DNA from: Patescibacteria group bacterium
Lineage (GTDB): Bacteria; Patescibacteriota; Microgenomatia; UBA1400; PJMF01
Direction of reading: 5' to 3'
Assembly (NCBI GenBank): GCA_049322655.1
Contig: JBMORP010000002.1
Location: 172,915-236,914 of the forward strand
DNA: 64,000 bases
Positions 9,420 to 18,501 of the stretch are shown piece after piece. The translations under genes and the position numbers were made by a program. Below the pieces are notes generated by a model. The model had not been told where the DNA came from. It saw only the letters and a list, made by a program, of their open reading frames with translations, and made no database searches. How positions within the stretch are numbered: position 1 is the stretch's first letter; the number at the start of each line of letters is the position of its first letter.

Positions 9420-9800
9420 GGTGTTCCCTTCTTTTTTGCAGACAAAACCTGCAAAAAACATTTGTTAAAAATGCTAGAACAAAGTAACTCCACCAAAAGC
9501 AGTGAATTCACTTAATACCTAGCTATAAAGGGAAAAATGAAGGGGTGTGAAGTTGTCTTTGGCCCAAAATTTACAGATTGGTTTTAAACTTCTTCTTGAG
9601 GTATACCCATACCTGAGGGTTTCCGCAGATGCTCTCTTTTGTGATTAGTAAAAGAAGCCCGATTGTTACCTTTTAAGGCAACCCCTCTTCCTCGTTTTCC
9701 GGGTTTCTATACAAAACCTGGACCACACGCTCTTTTTTGCAAGCAACATTTGCTCACCTTTGAAAGAAGCATAACAACCTCCAAGCAAAATGTCAAAAAC
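9420..9800 (-). promoter_or_regulatory. unusually long glmS 5' leader with GC-enriched structured core; possible glmS-ribozyme-like element
   Basis: The leader is about 380 nt in a compact genome. The segment cccggaaaACGAGGAaGAGGGG...CCCUC resembles the ACGAGGA / GGAGG...CCUCC core of the glmS ribozyme. A 10-bp hairpin lies just 5' of the RBS (9431..9457). Confidence 0.3.
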
Positions 9801-9807
9801 TCTGACT

Positions 9808-9839
9808 AAAATAAATTCCGCACCATCAAGGGTGCGGAA
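9808..9839 (-). terminator. rho-independent terminator after rpsR
   Basis: ttccgcacc-cttgat-ggtgcggaa followed by TTTATTTT on the minus strand. Confidence 0.6.
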
Positions 9840-9868
9840 CTCATTACTTACAAAATTGAAACAAACTT

Positions 9869-10066
9869 TTAAACAGTTTGAGTAAATGGTAACATCGCTA
9901 AGTGTCTAGCTCTCTTAATTGCCTTTTCCAAACGACGTTGTTGTTTTTGAGTTAAACCAGTCTTTGAACGTGGCACAATCATGCCTTGCTCAGTGACAAA
10001 TCTCTTCAACTCTTCTGGTCGAGTATAAGAGAAATCGGTTACTCTTGGTCTTCTTTTATTTAACAT
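9869..10066 (-). CDS. rpsR: ribosomal protein S18
   Basis: Sequence typical of S18. Confidence 0.9.
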   Translation of the reverse strand: MLNKRRPRVTDFSYTRPEELKRFVTEQGMIVPRSKTGLTQKQQRRLEKAIKRARHLAMLPFTQTV

Positions 10067-10085
10067 AATTTATTCTTTCTAAAAT

Positions 10086-10544
10086 TTAAAATGGGATGTC
10101 GTCAGCAACATCTTCAACCTCTGCCACTTGGTCTTCAGCGACAGATCCTTCTGCTGGAGCAACAACAGCCTCACTACCTTCATCACTACTGGTGGAACCA
10201 CCCCTAGAATTACTAAGTAGCATCATGTTGTCGATTACAATCTCGGTGACTCTTCTATCTTCACCACTTTCGGTTTTCCAATCTCTAGTTTGAATTCTAC
10301 CTTCGACGTAAACCTTATCACCTTTGTGGAGTAATTGACCACAAATTTCAGCTAATTTTGACCAAGCAACGATATTATGAAAATCAACTCGTTCCTGTTT
10401 TTCGCCACCTTCAGCTGAAGTCCAGGATCTATTGGTAGCCAAACCAAAAGAACAAACAGCGGTGCTGTTTGGCGTAAAACGAAGATTTGGATCTCTGGTA
10501 AGATTTCCGATAAGCATAACTTTGTTTAAAGATCTAACTGACAT
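10086..10544 (-). CDS. ssb: single-stranded DNA-binding protein
   Basis: OB-fold SSB sequence with an acidic DDIPF tail. Confidence 0.9.
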   Translation of the reverse strand: MSVRSLNKVMLIGNLTRDPNLRFTPNSTAVCSFGLATNRSWTSAEGGEKQERVDFHNIVAWSKLAEICGQLLHKGDKVYVEGRIQTRDWKTESGEDRRVTEIVIDNMMLLSNSRGGSTSSDEGSEAVVAPAEGSVAEDQVAEVEDVADDIPF

Positions 10545-10625
10545 ATTTTCCTTTCGCTCTCTTGTGTCTATTAATGGTTTTTAGTTTAACTTGCCAAAAT
10601 GACACAAAAGTAACTTTTCCCTATC

Positions 10626-10982
10626 TTAATTTTCTGGTGAGGCTTGTACCTCTGTTGCCTCGCTACTACCTACTACCATGAGATGTCGAATAATTGAGTT
10701 ATGGAGATAAACTCCTTGTTCAAATTCTGGAGCTTGTTCTGCCACTAAACTCAATCTAAGGTGAACGTAATAAGCTTCATCATAAGATTTGCCAGCTTTA
10801 CGAACTGTATAAGCTAAGGGTTTTTTACCCCACATTGTTTCGGAGATAACTTCTCCTTTATATTTTTTGACCAATGCTAAGACTTCTTCTTGAACTTTTT
10901 TGAGTTCGCTGTCGGTATAACCTCCAGAGACCAAATAGGTCAATTCGTAAGTATTAGTCTTGGTTTCGGTCTTCAGCTTCAT
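10626..10982 (-). CDS. rpsF: ribosomal protein S6
   Basis: S6-like sequence in the conserved rpsF-ssb-rpsR order. Confidence 0.85.
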   Translation of the reverse strand: MKLKTETKTNTYELTYLVSGGYTDSELKKVQEEVLALVKKYKGEVISETMWGKKPLAYTVRKAGKSYDEAYYVHLRLSLVAEQAPEFEQGVYLHNSIIRHLMVVGSSEATEVQASPEN

Positions 10983-11074
10983 GTTTTCCTTTCGCTGTGA
11001 GCCCTCTGTTTACCTAACTAGAGAGGGAACCAAGTTTTTACTAGGGGTGTATTATAGCAGATCATTTAGAATAA

Positions 11075-11731
11075 TTATCGTTGAAACCAAAAATTAATTC
11101 CTTTTTTGATTTGCTCAACATTATCAACATCAACATGCCAAGCTCCATCCATCCTTCTTACGGTTTCAGTATCCTCACCACCCAAATCATCAGTGAGTGG
11201 AAAAAGCTTATGTTCATGGACAGCATATTCAACTAAGTTCTTAAAATAGGAATCAGCATCTAACCCAGGAGAAATAATTATGAAAACTCTTGTTGCCTTT
11301 GAAACAAAATATTTCATAGCTGCTTCTTTAAATTTCAGCTCAACATCTCTTAAAAAAAGATCTTCAACATTAATAAATTCAACATTATTATCAAGCAAAA
11401 TTTTCTCCATTTTTTTACCTGACAATCTAGCTTCATCAGCGTATAAAACTAAACCAAACTGACCAGAAACTCTAACTTTTTCAGCTGTGGCCATAATTCC
11501 GACTTCATTTGGAGCAGCCCCACATTGAGCACAAGTGCCGTCTGGAAAAATGGTTTCATAATTTATATTACCAGCACCACAACTTGGACAAACAAATAAA
11601 TTTCTTTTAATCTCCATTTCTTTATGGTCTGGTGGTGCTCCACAATGAGAACAGGTATTATTTGCATAAAGGGTAACAGCTCTTCCATCTGATCCGCAGT
11701 TTGGACAAAACTTTTTTGAAAATTCAACCAT
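11075..11731 (-). CDS. tandem zinc-ribbon protein with C-terminal TIR-like domain
   Basis: Two CPxCG...C(S/A)xCG ribbons. The C-terminal about 130 aa follow the TIR strand/helix pattern: GLVLYADE, KILLDNNVEFI, RVFIIISPGLDADSYFKNLVEYAVHE with a candidate catalytic Glu, then KLFPLTDD. Confidence 0.55.
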   Translation of the reverse strand: MVEFSKKFCPNCGSDGRAVTLYANNTCSHCGAPPDHKEMEIKRNLFVCPSCGAGNINYETIFPDGTCAQCGAAPNEVGIMATAEKVRVSGQFGLVLYADEARLSGKKMEKILLDNNVEFINVEDLFLRDVELKFKEAAMKYFVSKATRVFIIISPGLDADSYFKNLVEYAVHEHKLFPLTDDLGGEDTETVRRMDGAWHVDVDNVEQIKKGINFWFQR

Positions 11732-11746
11732 AAAAATCCTTTATTT

Positions 11747-12841
11747 TTACTTACCAATCATGAACTCAACCACGTCACCCTCGTGCATCACATAATCACG
11801 ACCTTCTTGACGAATTTTGCCAGCATCTTTCAATCCTGACCAACCTTTTAAGTTCACAAAATCATCATAATTTGCCACTCTGGCAGTAATAAAATGTTTT
11901 TCAAAATCAGTATGAATTACACCAGCAGCTTGTGGAGCAGTCATTCCTTGTTTAATGGTCCAGGCTCTAACTTCTTTTTCTCCAGCAGTTAAGAAACTTT
12001 GCAAATTAAGTGTTTGATAGGCAACTTTTGCCAATCTTTCTAGACCGCTTTCAGTTAAACCAAGTTCTGATAAATAAAGTTCTTGATCTTCAGTGGTTAA
12101 AACAGCAATTTCACTTTCAATCTTTGCACTTACCATCACTATTTGTTCTGCTTTTACCTCTAAAATCTTAGCCCACTCACTTGCTTTATTAAGTTCATCT
12201 TTCAAAACATCTTCATCAACATTAAGTACAAAAATTTCTGGTTTAGAGGTTAATAAATTAAGCTCTCTAGCATATTTAACTGCATTTTTTTCATCACCAT
12301 AAGTTGTCATATCTGCACTTAACATTCGACCTGCTGCCAAAGTTTTTTGGAACTTCTGGACATACTCCCAACGAATAAATAATTCTTTGTCTACTCCTCC
12401 CTTTGGTGGTTTTTGTTTTTCCAAAGTCGCCAAGTCAGCTAGTTGTAACTCTGTTCTAATTGTCTCCAAGTCTTCCTCTGGAGAAACTGCTCCTTCACGA
12501 ATTACATTCTTATCACTAAAAGCTCTTAACACATGACAAATAGCATCGGTTTCTCTGATGTGAGAAAGAAATTGATTGCCTAAACCCTCACCCTTTGAAG
12601 CACCCCTAACTAAGCCAGCGATATCAGTAAACTCCACCACGGCTGGTTTAATCACCGTAGTTTTAACTACTTCTGCCAATACAATCAATCTTTTGTCTGG
12701 TACTTCAGCAATCCCATTATTGGGTTCAATCGTCGCAAAAGGATAGTTAGCTGCTAAAGCTACCTGTTTTTTCAATAAAGCATTAAATAAAGTAGACTTA
12801 CCGACATTAGGTAAACCAACAATTCCAATTGATAAAGACAT
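11747..12841 (-). CDS. ychF: ribosome-binding ATPase YchF
   Basis: GxPNVGKST P-loop with Obg-like, TGS-domain architecture. Confidence 0.9.
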   Translation of the reverse strand: MSLSIGIVGLPNVGKSTLFNALLKKQVALAANYPFATIEPNNGIAEVPDKRLIVLAEVVKTTVIKPAVVEFTDIAGLVRGASKGEGLGNQFLSHIRETDAICHVLRAFSDKNVIREGAVSPEEDLETIRTELQLADLATLEKQKPPKGGVDKELFIRWEYVQKFQKTLAAGRMLSADMTTYGDEKNAVKYARELNLLTSKPEIFVLNVDEDVLKDELNKASEWAKILEVKAEQIVMVSAKIESEIAVLTTEDQELYLSELGLTESGLERLAKVAYQTLNLQSFLTAGEKEVRAWTIKQGMTAPQAAGVIHTDFEKHFITARVANYDDFVNLKGWSGLKDAGKIRQEGRDYVMHEGDVVEFMIGK

Positions 12842-12871
12842 ATGTGTATTGTACTTGATGTTTAGAAAAAA

Positions 12872-13963
12872 TTATTGAGAAAATAATTGCAAATACTTAG
12901 CAAAATCTTGAACAAACAAGTGAGGCTCTTTAGTGAACCACTGTCTCAACTCTTCAAGCTTTAACCACTTGATCTTAGCGATTTCATTTTTATTAAAATT
13001 AATTTCACTATTCTCTACTGAACTTATAAACCACTGACAAAAAAATTGATTGTCTCCTGATAAAAACAACTTTGTCTTTTTCTCTAAAGCTAAGTTTTTT
13101 AAATCTAATTCATTTTCAGCAGCCTTAACTATCGCTTGTTCATAAGTTTGGTCACTCTCCACAAAACTGGCAGCCGCTGGTCCCCATTTTCCTGGATCAT
13201 TCTTTTTATGAAAAGCTCTTTGAGCTAACAATACTTCACCTGTTTGATTCTTTAACCACAAACTTGAGACCCTAAAAATATCTTTTTCTGCTACTGCCTC
13301 TTTTAGTTTTTCGGCAACTACTTCATCCTGATGGTTAACTATGGCATATTTCTTTTTGGTATCAACATCTAGAATAATATCTAGTTTTTCAGCAACAGCT
13401 TGAAAAATTTTCTCATGACCAACCACATTGGGATGTAAACCATCAGCAAAGTCTGTATCAGTCAAAATAGCTTGTAAATCAATAAAGGTAAAATTTTCTT
13501 TTTCACAAACTTTTTTTATTACCTGTGAGTACTGATTAAGATTCGCTTTATCGTAACTCTTTCCAGTCGTACTCTGAGGCAAAGGGTTAGTTATTTGGTC
13601 ATCACCTTTGGCCAAACCAACAAAAATAATTCTAGAAGTATGTTTTTTTGCCAACCCACTCAATAAGTTTAGGTTTTCTCTGAAAATATTTATTGGAGTA
13701 ATAGGTTGTTCTTTGACTCTGATGAAGGCAGCATCATTAGTCCCTATAGCAAAAATAATCACTGCTGGGTTTCTAGCCTGAGCTTCTTGATCAAAACGTT
13801 TTAATAAATCCGTTGAAGTATTTTTATCTATTCCCAAATCATAAACAGAGAAAAATTCATCACTGACTTTTTCTAAATGGTTACGTAATAAATTAGCCCA
13901 ACCAACTCTAAAAGGTAGTTTAGCTCCCCAAGTAATACTGTCACCAAAGACACAAATGTTCAT
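12872..13963 (-). CDS. SGNH/GDSL hydrolase fused to a Nudix-like domain with degenerate Nudix box
   Basis: FGDSIT, GTNDA and DGLHPN blocks. The C-terminal PGKWGPAAASFVESDQ...AAENELDL matches the Nudix fold but lacks the GG/E residues of the box. Confidence 0.7.
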   Translation of the reverse strand: MNICVFGDSITWGAKLPFRVGWANLLRNHLEKVSDEFFSVYDLGIDKNTSTDLLKRFDQEAQARNPAVIIFAIGTNDAAFIRVKEQPITPINIFRENLNLLSGLAKKHTSRIIFVGLAKGDDQITNPLPQSTTGKSYDKANLNQYSQVIKKVCEKENFTFIDLQAILTDTDFADGLHPNVVGHEKIFQAVAEKLDIILDVDTKKKYAIVNHQDEVVAEKLKEAVAEKDIFRVSSLWLKNQTGEVLLAQRAFHKKNDPGKWGPAAASFVESDQTYEQAIVKAAENELDLKNLALEKKTKLFLSGDNQFFCQWFISSVENSEINFNKNEIAKIKWLKLEELRQWFTKEPHLFVQDFAKYLQLFSQ

Positions 13964-14523
13964 TATTTACTCTTTTTTAAAGTTTTTTTGAATTCTAATT
14001 TTAATAAATCTTGACTAAAATGAGACAAACCAAATCTAATAGCAAAATCATCCCCGCTAAATTTTTGTTTAGCAAAAGCAACCATTTTGGCATAGGCCCT
14101 TAAAAAATTGTCTACACCAGTAAGTGGTGAAATTTGATTCAAACCAACAGATAAAATTGCTTCATCTTCAGATTGGACAACTTGCCAGTTTTGTTCGGGT
14201 TGAACTTCTTTATTGTCATCAAACAACAAAAATAAACCATAAACTTTGGCTCCAGAAAAACCAAACCTTATTCTCGAGGGATGTTTTTGAATTCCAGAAA
14301 GAAATGTCTCCACCTCAAGACCTAATTTTCTGGCAACAGCATATAACTTACTGGTAATTTCTACTGAATCTTCTTTTCTAACCGGACTTCCCCATGACAC
14401 TACCAAACCAACACCATGCTCGATAACTACCTCATAGTCAAAACCTGTTAATTCTCGTTCTAACGCTTGTAAAAAATTATGCTTAATGGCTTCTTGTTGT
14501 TCTATTGGTAAAACTTCATGCAT
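13963..14523 (-). CDS. hypothetical protein
   Basis: Intact ORF translationally coupled (TAATG overlap) within the operon. I recognise no motif. Confidence 0.55.
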   Translation of the reverse strand: MHEVLPIEQQEAIKHNFLQALERELTGFDYEVVIEHGVGLVVSWGSPVRKEDSVEITSKLYAVARKLGLEVETFLSGIQKHPSRIRFGFSGAKVYGLFLLFDDNKEVQPEQNWQVVQSEDEAILSVGLNQISPLTGVDNFLRAYAKMVAFAKQKFSGDDFAIRFGLSHFSQDLLKLEFKKTLKKSK

Positions 14524-14539
14524 AGTTTAATTATAACTT

Positions 14540-15100
14540 TTAAATAACCTTTGCTGCTTTTTTAATTAATCTCATCAAAGCATAATCTAGTTTATCACCT
14601 AATTCATATCCTTCTGAAAAACTAAGAAACTTTAAGTCTTGTGATTCATGTTCTGCTGGCTTAGGTAGCTTTTCTGCTTGGGTAAAAATTAAATAACGAA
14701 AATCCAGATGTAAGTGGGCTGGAATTCCTTTTTTTTCTGGAATAATTTGTACTTCTATATCTATCGGTTTATCTGTATAAAACTCCAAATCAGTTAAACC
14801 ACTTTCTTCCTTTGCTTCTTTCATCGCTACTTTAGCTAAATCAGTTTCCCCGTCTGCATGCCCACCAAACTGCAACCACTTATTGAGTTTTTTATGGTTA
14901 TGTAAAAGTATTTTTTGGGTGGTTGGATTAACCACTAATGCCGAACCAGTCAAATGAGCCTCTAAACAATCTCTAATAAAAATATTTTCATGCTTGGTTA
15001 CCAACTCTATAATTTTTTTAACGTCAGCTAATTCTCTAGAATCACTAGTTTCAAACCAATTCAATAATTCAATTATTTTATTTCTTGGTTGGCTCAACAT
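14540..15100 (-). CDS. Nudix hydrolase
   Basis: Nudix box GGHADGETDLAKVAMKEAKEESGL. Confidence 0.8.
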   Translation of the reverse strand: MLSQPRNKIIELLNWFETSDSRELADVKKIIELVTKHENIFIRDCLEAHLTGSALVVNPTTQKILLHNHKKLNKWLQFGGHADGETDLAKVAMKEAKEESGLTDLEFYTDKPIDIEVQIIPEKKGIPAHLHLDFRYLIFTQAEKLPKPAEHESQDLKFLSFSEGYELGDKLDYALMRLIKKAAKVI

Positions 15101-15713
15101 AAGTTCTTAAAAATAATTTTTCTACTTTATCTTTAAGATAATCTAAATCAAAGATATTAGGAATAAACAAAACATTGACTGGATATTTATGAACTGCCTG
15201 TAAAAAATCATCATGAACAAAGAACCGCTCAAAAGCTTCGTTTGGGCAAAAGAAAGACTCAAACACAGTAGCATCTTTACTGAGAGGTGGTCGCTGTTGA
15301 TTCCTCTGTCTTCTTGCTTCAACCGGTGAATAAATATAAACAAATAACGATGTTTTTTTTAGGTTTTCAGATAATTGAGAAAACAAGTGATGGTAAGAAA
15401 AATCAACTACGCCTTGTTCATCAAAACCTCTGGAAATTTCTATTACTTTGTTTTTATCTGAAAGTTGAGCTTTTTCAACCAGTTGAGCTACAGAATAATA
15501 AACTGGCTCTGAATCTTTCAAGACAAAACTATCCGGAGTCGGTTTATGGTGATGTTTTTGTTCAACATCACGTTTAATAAACTCAACCATTTCCAATGAA
15601 TCATTCAAGTAATTTACCTTTTTGCCCAAAGATTGATTGACCAATCTTAAAACAGTTGTTTTTCCTGAAGCGGCTAACCCGCAAAACCAAATATTTTGAT
15701 AGGCATCAAACAT
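15078..15713 (-). CDS. P-loop kinase (AAA_33/KTI12-PSTK-like)
   Basis: Walker A GLAASGKTT near the N-terminus. Arg-rich lid RRQRNQQR. Confidence 0.6.
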   Translation of the reverse strand: MFDAYQNIWFCGLAASGKTTVLRLVNQSLGKKVNYLNDSLEMVEFIKRDVEQKHHHKPTPDSFVLKDSEPVYYSVAQLVEKAQLSDKNKVIEISRGFDEQGVVDFSYHHLFSQLSENLKKTSLFVYIYSPVEARRQRNQQRPPLSKDATVFESFFCPNEAFERFFVHDDFLQAVHKYPVNVLFIPNIFDLDYLKDKVEKLFLRTYVEPTKK

Positions 15714-15718
15714 TTTTT

Positions 15719-16450
15719 CTATTGGCCAAGATACTGCCCTCCTGTTGCATTGATAATCGAACCTGTCAAAAATCCAGATTGCTTATCATCAGTCAGAAAA
15801 GCCACGATTTGGGCTATTTCCGCAGGGGCAGCGATTCTCCCAATAGGAGTATTTGAAGCAATTTTATTTCTAGTTTCCTCATCCCAGTCAGCAGTCATGG
15901 GTGTATCCATGGCTCCTGGGTAAATGGCGTTACAACGAAGATTGGGCCCAACTTGTAAAGCAACTGCTTTGGTTAAACCCAATAAACCAGCCTTTGATGC
16001 AGCATAGCCGGGTTTTTTGGTTCCAATTACGCCAACCATTGAAGAAATATTAACAATTGAGCCTTTAATATTGAACTCTGCTGAGTTTTGAGCAAACAGC
16101 TGACTCAAAACAAAAGGAGCTGTCAAGTTAATATTCATCATTAAATTCCAGTGATCCAAAGTACCATCAATTAGTTTTCCACCAACACTTAAACCAGCAT
16201 TATTAACCAATACAGTCCAGTTTTTATTGGGTAAAAATTTGGCCAAAGAATTTTTTATTGTTTCTGGTTTAGAAAAATCAACTCCACCAATTGCTAATTC
16301 TAAATTATCTTTCAATTCAGCTAGATTCTGTTTAAGAGTTTCTGTTTCTAATAAATCAACCGCAACAATTTTGAAACCTTTTTCAACCAAAGCTTTACAA
16401 ACCTCTTTACCCAAACCGCCTGATGCTCCAGTAACTAAAGCTAATTTCAT
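15719..16450 (-). CDS. short-chain dehydrogenase/reductase (FabG-like)
   Basis: TGASGGLG, NNAG and YAASKAG motifs. Confidence 0.85.
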   Translation of the reverse strand: MKLALVTGASGGLGKEVCKALVEKGFKIVAVDLLETETLKQNLAELKDNLELAIGGVDFSKPETIKNSLAKFLPNKNWTVLVNNAGLSVGGKLIDGTLDHWNLMMNINLTAPFVLSQLFAQNSAEFNIKGSIVNISSMVGVIGTKKPGYAASKAGLLGLTKAVALQVGPNLRCNAIYPGAMDTPMTADWDEETRNKIASNTPIGRIAAPAEIAQIVAFLTDDKQSGFLTGSIINATGGQYLGQ

Positions 16451-17451
16451 TATTCAAATCTCCTTTCATAAGCCATATCAATCACTCTCATGATTCTCAT
16501 GTTGTGACTAATATTCTGTGACCAAATTGATTTATCATTGGCTAAAAACTGCTCAAAAGCCTTGATAACAGCATCAGTACCGTCACTAGCAAAACTGTAG
16601 TGGTTTAATTCTTTCCCTTGAACATCATAAACCGTTAAATCTGACTTAGTTACTACAAACCTACCCTTAGTTCCCCTAACTTCAATTGATTCTTCTTTGG
16701 GACCGCTTAGCACTGCCAATTGAAAAACTCCTTGAACGCCAGTAGGATGCCAGTTGTGTAAGCTAGCAGCATCTTCAACCTCATAAGTATAATTTGGTTT
16801 GGCAATATTTGACCAATGAAGATTGGCCTCACTCACTTCACCAAAATATCTCATAATTACATCAAGTAAATGGTAACCCATATCAATTAATGCACCACCA
16901 CCAGCAGCTTGAATAGCACTTCTCCAACCCTCATAAAGATTGCCATGAGGAATAAAATGACGAGCATTATACATATAAGGTGTACCAATCACTCCATCAT
17001 GTAATAATTGCAAACCCATGGCATATGATGGATAGAACTGTCTTTTGGTGACAGTGTAAATTTGAACATTATCTTTCATTGCCAAAGTGCTAAGTGCTTT
17101 AGCTTCTTCTAGATTAAGAGCAAATGGCTTCTCTTTAAAAACAGTCACATTATTGGCTACTGCTAATTCAATAATATCCTTGTACAAGAAGTGAGGAACC
17201 GACAACACTGCTCCATCAAGCTTAAGCTCTTTTTTACTAACCTTAGCAAATAAATCTTTATAGTCACTATAAACTTTAACCTGTTCTGAATTGGGCAATA
17301 ATTCTTGAGCCAAAGTAATAAATTCTTGACTAATGTCACAAATAGCTGCAATCTCACATTGATCAGCCAATCTTAATAAAGCGGGAATAAGCTCACTCCT
17401 AGACTGACCTCCAAGGCCAATGATTGCGAGTCTCTTTTTTTTGTTTTCCAT
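16450..17451 (-). CDS. Gfo/Idh/MocA family oxidoreductase
   Basis: N-terminal Rossmann IIGLGG with a C-terminal Gfo/Idh/MocA-like domain. Confidence 0.85.
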   Translation of the reverse strand: MENKKKRLAIIGLGGQSRSELIPALLRLADQCEIAAICDISQEFITLAQELLPNSEQVKVYSDYKDLFAKVSKKELKLDGAVLSVPHFLYKDIIELAVANNVTVFKEKPFALNLEEAKALSTLAMKDNVQIYTVTKRQFYPSYAMGLQLLHDGVIGTPYMYNARHFIPHGNLYEGWRSAIQAAGGGALIDMGYHLLDVIMRYFGEVSEANLHWSNIAKPNYTYEVEDAASLHNWHPTGVQGVFQLAVLSGPKEESIEVRGTKGRFVVTKSDLTVYDVQGKELNHYSFASDGTDAVIKAFEQFLANDKSIWSQNISHNMRIMRVIDMAYERRFE

Positions 17452-17572
17452 TGTTCCCTCCTTCGATGTGTTTAGGAAAACGAATATTATACCACATTAT
17501 GGGACAAGCTTTGTAAAAAAATGTACAGAGTTTATTTAAAAGCCAAACTAAAAGGTGTATAACTGTTGATAT

Positions 17573-17995
17573 ATGCAATGGATGATTTATGCTCTATTGG
17601 CTGCTGTTTTTGCTGCTGCTACTTCCATCTTGGCTAAAATTGGGATCAAAGATGTTGACTCCAACCTGGCCACAGCGATTAGAACAACAGTGATTCTAAT
17701 TTTTACCTGGGGAATCGCTTTTGCCCAAAAATCTACGAGTCAACTGGGATCAATAAATAAAAACTCAATGCTTTTTTTAATTTTATCTGGAATTGCCACT
17801 GGCTTATCCTGGTTATTTTATTTTAGAGCTCTCCAACTAGGACCAGCCAGTAGAGTGGTTCCGATTGATAAGTTAAGTTTAGTGATTACGCTTGTGCTGG
17901 CTGCTATTTTTCTTAAAGAGAATCTAACTTTACCAGTAATTATCGGTGCGCTACTGATGACAGCAGGAACACTGATTATTGCAACAGCAAAATAA
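17573..17995 (+). CDS. small EamA-like (DMT family) membrane protein
   Basis: Four predicted TM helices and an EamA-like half-transporter sequence. Confidence 0.6.
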   Translation: MQWMIYALLAAVFAAATSILAKIGIKDVDSNLATAIRTTVILIFTWGIAFAQKSTSQLGSINKNSMLFLILSGIATGLSWLFYFRALQLGPASRVVPIDKLSLVITLVLAAIFLKENLTLPVIIGALLMTAGTLIIATAK

Positions 17996-18028
17996 ACCTA
18001 GTATTTAACTAAGAAAGAAAGGACTTTC

Positions 18029-18415
18029 ATGACTGGATATTATGCGCCTATAGAAAAAGAGACTTTGACAAATGAAAATTTTCGTCAAGTTTTATTTACT
18101 GGCAAAAACATGCAATTGGTCTTGATGACTCTTCAGCCACAAGAAGAAATTGGTTTGGAAACCCATGAAGGTCACGACCAATTTTTCCGTTTCGAAGCTG
18201 GTTTCGGTAAAGTGATAATTAATGATAATGAATATGAAGTTAAAGATGGAGATGCTGTTATCGTTCCAGCAGGAACACAGCACAATGTGATTAATACCTC
18301 AGTAACAGAAACTTTAAAACTTTATACCATCTATGCTCCACCAGAACATGCCGATGGTACTATTCATCTTACTAGGGCTGATTCCTTGGCTGATGATGAG
18401 CACTATGATGGTTAA
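18029..18415 (+). CDS. cupin domain protein
   Basis: Cupin motifs G(X)5HxH...G and PxGxxHxxxN. Confidence 0.7.
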   Translation: MTGYYAPIEKETLTNENFRQVLFTGKNMQLVLMTLQPQEEIGLETHEGHDQFFRFEAGFGKVIINDNEYEVKDGDAVIVPAGTQHNVINTSVTETLKLYTIYAPPEHADGTIHLTRADSLADDEHYDG

Positions 18416-18501
18416 ATTTAACCTAAAATAACCTAGCTTTATCTTGTAACTAGTGGTTTTTTATTAATGAAGAAAGTTATTTTTCAGGTACAATTGGCTT
18501 C

